From positions 622,591-686,590 of the forward strand of contig MU058039.1 of the NCBI GenBank assembly GCA_013265495.1: a stretch of DNA of 64,000 nt, in the 5' to 3' direction. Below, piece by piece: positions 59,760 through 64,000 of the stretch (positions are counted from its first letter, which is position 1; the number at the start of each line of letters is the position of its first letter). Under the pieces are notes generated by a model that was not told the DNA's origin, ran no database searches, and was given only the letters and a program-made list of their open reading frames with translations. The stretch is from Vicugna vicugna. Lineage: Eukaryota. Both the position numbers and the translations under genes were made by a program.

Positions 59760-59950
59760 AGTCCTAGAGCCAGACCCACTGGGTTCTCGTCCATCCTGGC
59801 TGTGTGATCTTGGGCAGGTTACTTCTCTGTGCATCAGTTTTCCGGTCTGTTAAAAATGGGGATGCTAGTAGACCCGACTTCACAGGATTGTTATCATGGT
59901 TAAATGAGTTGATAGTTAACTGAAAACAGTACCTGGCATGTAGTAAAATC
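59760..59950 (+). mobile_element. MIR SINE
   Basis: ggctgtgtgatcttgggcaggttacttctctgtgcatcagttt...taaatgagttgat...cctggcatgtagtaa. Confidence 0.85.
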
Positions 59951-61874
59951 AAAGCAAAAGCCTCACGCTTCAAGTCAAAATGAGAATTTGCAAGGCCACA
60001 TGAGTCTGGGAACTTGGCAGTCAGCGGAGGAGGTAAAGTGTGTCACTGAGATCACTGTCTCTTTTCCTTTATAAGAAATTGCCAAACCATTCTCTCAAAA
60101 TGTCTGTCCCAGTGTACACAGTGACTTCCCCTTATTCTACAACTTCGGTACGTTTGGTGGTGTCAGACTTACATTTTGGCTAGTCTGCTGGGCACCAAAT
60201 GGTCACGTATTGATGCTTCCCCAAGCAGTTTCTCTGCAGAGGTCTGTCGCATGCCCCTCTACCACGGAGTTACTTGTGCTACCCTGGGGGCAGGACAGCC
60301 ATTAGGCCCCCAGCACAGAGGAGTCCTCAGAGCTCTGTGTTCAGAGCCCAGTACCACGATGCTTTATCTTGGTAGGGGGCAAGGGAGAGCCTGAGGAAAG
60401 GACAGAAGATGATGATATGAGACCCTTGAAGTCAGTGATCCAGCCTTAGTCATATTTGTGGACTGAATCAATCGGTGAGAGACTTAGTGCTGACTCGCTG
60501 GTGTATGCTATTAATGGAATATAGGTCGTAAAAGAAAACGTGATTCATTACAAGATGATCCCTGAGGCTGTCATACGGTATAGCAGTTGAGGGCCTAGAT
60601 TTTCCCAAAGCAAAGTCCTTTCTTCACATAAGCAGCTTTTCTTTGTCAGCAGGTGGGTAGAGGCAGTTGAATGAACAGGTGTTTTCCTAAGTTACTCTTT
60701 CAAAGACCGGATGAGATGGGAATAATGGGAATCGTCTCTAAATGAAGGATGATTGAACCACTTTATTAGTAGGTGAGTAGGTCCCTGATGCCCCAGTATG
60801 AAGCTGTGGTAAAGCCTAGAAAGGAGAATGCAGCTGTAGCAAAGGCCCCAGTGGGCTTGGTCCTCCTTCACCTCAAATCTAAATGCCCAGATCAGCAGCT
60901 TCCACAACTGGCTGCCCCCATCACCACCTGGTCAGGAGGGGTGCGTGTGACCAGGTCACCTTAGAGGTTGGGTGCCCAGGATGTGTGTCCTGTTCCAAGA
61001 CAGAAAGTGGAAGAGGAAGCAGCCATCTCTGGGCTCAGGGAAAGAAGAGGTGGTAGGTCGGGTCGCAGCTCTGGGGCTGGTAACCCTGCCCCCTGGGAAA
61101 GCGGGTGCCAGCAACAGTCACAGGCTCCGACTGGTCAGACCAGCCACCCCTCTTCCTTACTTGGTCTTCGTGGAGAGGTGTGAGTGAGTTGATGGAAATA
61201 TGGGGGCAGACGTGCAGGAACAGAAGGGCCAGGTGCACAGGCTGCTTTGGGGCCAGGGGAGCAGCACCCTGGTCTCCTGGGCCCTGCAGAAGCGCCTCTC
61301 ACAGAGCCAGGCTTGACAGGATTTCAGTGAGGATCAAAACCAAGGTCATTAACATGTAAATACCTTGAAATGCGATACAAGAGATTGGTTTTCAGGATGC
61401 TGATTGCGGGATAATAGAACTTTTGCAGACACTTCCCTGAAAGGCCATTTTATAAAACAGAGAAAAGTGGAGCTGCTGTAGGTGAATGGGGGTGCAGAGG
61501 CCCGGAGCCTCACGCTCCGTCCTTTACCCTCTGCGGACTCCCCAAGGGCCATGCTCACGGGAATTCAAACTGAACCGCCTGGGGCCCTAGGGAGGCCTGG
61601 CTCTGCCTCTAGCTACCTTGGCCCCAAGCAAGTCATCTCAGCATTCTGAACCTCAGTTTCCTTATCCATCAAGTGGGCAGATCAGACTAGATTGAAGAGT
61701 TCTTCACTCATTTCCTGTGAACCGAGGCTTCAGAGGTCTGTGACATCCTTGAGACGGTTTTCTGTGTGTTTTCCTGGAGAGACGTAACATAGTTTACTTT
61801 TGTCAGCTCCTCAGAAGGATTATGTTCCCCCAAACATGGAGGAGCACTGTGTTGATCTCTGAGGTCCCTCTCAG

Positions 61875-62395
61875 TTCTGTCAGTCAGTTATTTTTGTTGT
61901 GAATGACAGGCTCTCCCCGATTCACACTGGCTCAGACTGCAAAGGGAAGTTAATGGCTCCAGGACCTGAAAATCCCAGAGCTGGCCTGTCTGGAGTCCGT
62001 GCTCAGGTATTCTTGTCAGGAATCCATTCTGCCTCTCTCTGCTTTGACTTCATTACTGGGTGTCCATCCCCTCCCCCAGGTGGCAGAGAAGCCCTCAACA
62101 GCCCCTGCCTTACGTCCCATCCCTTTGCCCCAGTAATCCAGCAAGATTCCCAGGGCCAACTCTGATTGGCCATGCTTGGATTGTGCGTCTCTCCCAGAAC
62201 CAATCGCTGTGGCTGAGGGGAGGACCCATCAGGCTAGGAGTCAGGCCAGGGCACCCTCTCACCCCCAAGTCCTCTAATCTATGCTTCTGTTTCTTGGTAT
62301 AAACCCTGGGAGGCAAGGTTTGCAGCCCTAAGACTGGAACCTATTCAGCAGATGAGCCAGAGCCGTTGCTCTGGTGGGTGCTGGGATTGCAAGGC
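61875..62395 (-). mobile_element. Old ERVL-type LTR
   Basis: ctctgattggccatgcttgg...aaccaatcgctgtggc...ggccagg motif set shared with 8375-8760. Confidence 0.5.
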
Positions 62396-63744
62396 AACTC
62401 CAAGGCCATCCTCCCTTCCGGGTAGTATAAGAGGGACTATGGGATGTCTGGGGTCCTGGCTGAATTCCTGGCCCTGTAGCCTACCTGTGCTGCTATTTCC
62501 ACAACTCCTTGGCATCTTCCTCTCTGCTGCAGCCCCTCCTGTGTATCAGGGACCCCAGACTGACGGACGTCATGGCTTCCTCCACAGGGCAGGAAGTAGA
62601 TTCCCAGCTCAGAGAGCTGTGGCACCCCTGCACGTCACTGCTGATGTACCTTTAAAGAGCCATATACGTCACTCTAGAGAAAGAAAGTGGGGGGTGGGAA
62701 TGAGAGTGGCAGAAAAGCAATTTCCGATGCAATTTAAAAGGCAGTGATTACAATTTTATAGGAGCTTTATTTCAGGGGCTTCCTGATCATCCCAGGAATT
62801 TTTTTTAATGGGAAGTTTGGTGATAAGGGAAAATGTTCTGGGTGCTTCTGTTTCCCTCCTGCTCTGCTGAGCATCTTGAAAACCGAAATTGTTAGCCTTT
62901 CATAAACCAGCTTTAGGGATAGCAACTACCCAAGAGGTTAGTTATGAATTTTTAAAGAGTGTGTGTTTTTCTGCATGTGCTGATTCTGTGTATAGTAACT
63001 GTTTCTAATTTTATTTTGTGCTTTCCTAAGTGGCTTGGTAGTGAGCTCTGGGAATTGTCAAGAGCTGTACTCACTTCTTCCCTTCTGTGTTAGTTGAGAG
63101 TCATTCGATTGCGTGAATAGCAATTCAGGTCAGCCTGCTCAAGTATAAAAGGAAGTGTTTGGACTCATAGCCTGCGACATTCTATGTGTAATGGCTTCAA
63201 GGGTGGGTGGATCCAGGGCCTCACGTGGGGTTGCCAGGACCCTGTTTCCTTCCATCCCCTGGCTCTGCAGTCCTCTCGGTTTTATTGTTGGGTAGGCTCT
63301 GAGTCAGCTCCACATATGCATCCAGCCAGCTTAGCAGCCCCAGGGATTTCCCCATAATCCCAGCACGTGTCCCTAGACTTGTTTAGTGGACCTAATCAGC
63401 CTGGCTTTGGTGCCAGGGCCTCCTTGAGCCATATCTGAGGTCAGGGTGGGGAGAGGGGGTGCAATTGCTTTATTGGCCAAGCCTGGGTTTTATGACACCC
63501 TCCCCTTCTCTACCAACCTATGGGTGGGACATTCCCACAGGAATTCTGTGAGCTGGGTGGGAAAGGTGAGGTTCAGGGAGCTAACTGAGAAAGGGAAACG
63601 GATGTAGGGTGGGCCAAAATCCCCAGTGCTCAGGACCCCTTCTTCCCCTACAAAGTTCACAAGGATCTGAATCTTCCCCACACCCCCCAGTTGTTATCTT
63701 CCCTGGGCGCACCCTCCAGCTTTACCCTACCTCAGGGTGGGCTT

Positions 63745-64000
63745 AGGGCTTCTTAATCTGGGTCCATGGACCGTTGAAGGGTCCTTGGATGGAATTTAGA
63801 GGATCATGAAGTTGGCTAGGGAAGAAATTACGTCTTTATTTTCTTTACCATCTAACTGATATTTAGCATTTTCATGTCTTCTGAACAAGGACCACAAGCT
63901 ACAATCGTATTAACAACACCCGTGACTGTTGCCGCTAGAAATAAAAAATATTTCCATATCACATTACAGTTGTTGCAGATATTACAAAATATCATTTTCA
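63745..64000. mobile_element. hAT-Charlie-like DNA transposon remnant (runs off the window end)
   Basis: agggcttcttaatctgggtccatggacc terminus followed by AT-rich body. Confidence 0.5.

Noticed and set aside
60692..60907. YHSFILGHQG resembling a Gypsy integrase zinc-binding motif
   Set aside because: No downstream CxxC or integrase core and no LTR context; likely coincidental
1..64000. The many 60-190 aa ORFs in the six-frame track
   Set aside because: Short, overlapping on both strands, often starting at non-ATG codons, mostly inside repeats, and with no recognisable domains except L1 ORF1/ORF2 remnants

Overview
This is mammalian genomic DNA, most likely from a camelid (alpaca/llama/camel lineage). 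That call rests on two tRNA-derived SINEs of the camelid Vic-1 type and on camelid-style young L1 3' tails. The 64 kb is CpG-depleted and I see no CpG island. I found no protein-coding exon I can support. A large share is decayed interspersed repeats: many MIR and L2 copies, old L1M fragments (including a ~5.6 kb L1 cluster at 14.8-20.4 kb), MaLR/ERVL solo LTRs and hAT-Charlie MER elements. The only ORFs in the track with recognisable homology are broken L1 ORF1/ORF2 pieces. L1 and LTR copies lie mostly on the minus strand, which suggests (inference) the interior of a large intron of a plus-strand gene; I cannot name that gene. I did not find a novel multi-gene system. The best second-look items are small-scale: very short young L1 insertions with target-site duplications (TSDs), two apparent 3'-transduction events, nested transposon stacks, perfect tandem micro-duplications, repeat-derived cryptic splice signals and a few motif-dense unique segments. 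All repeat family names are from recall of consensus sequences, not from a database search, and boundaries of old repeats are approximate.
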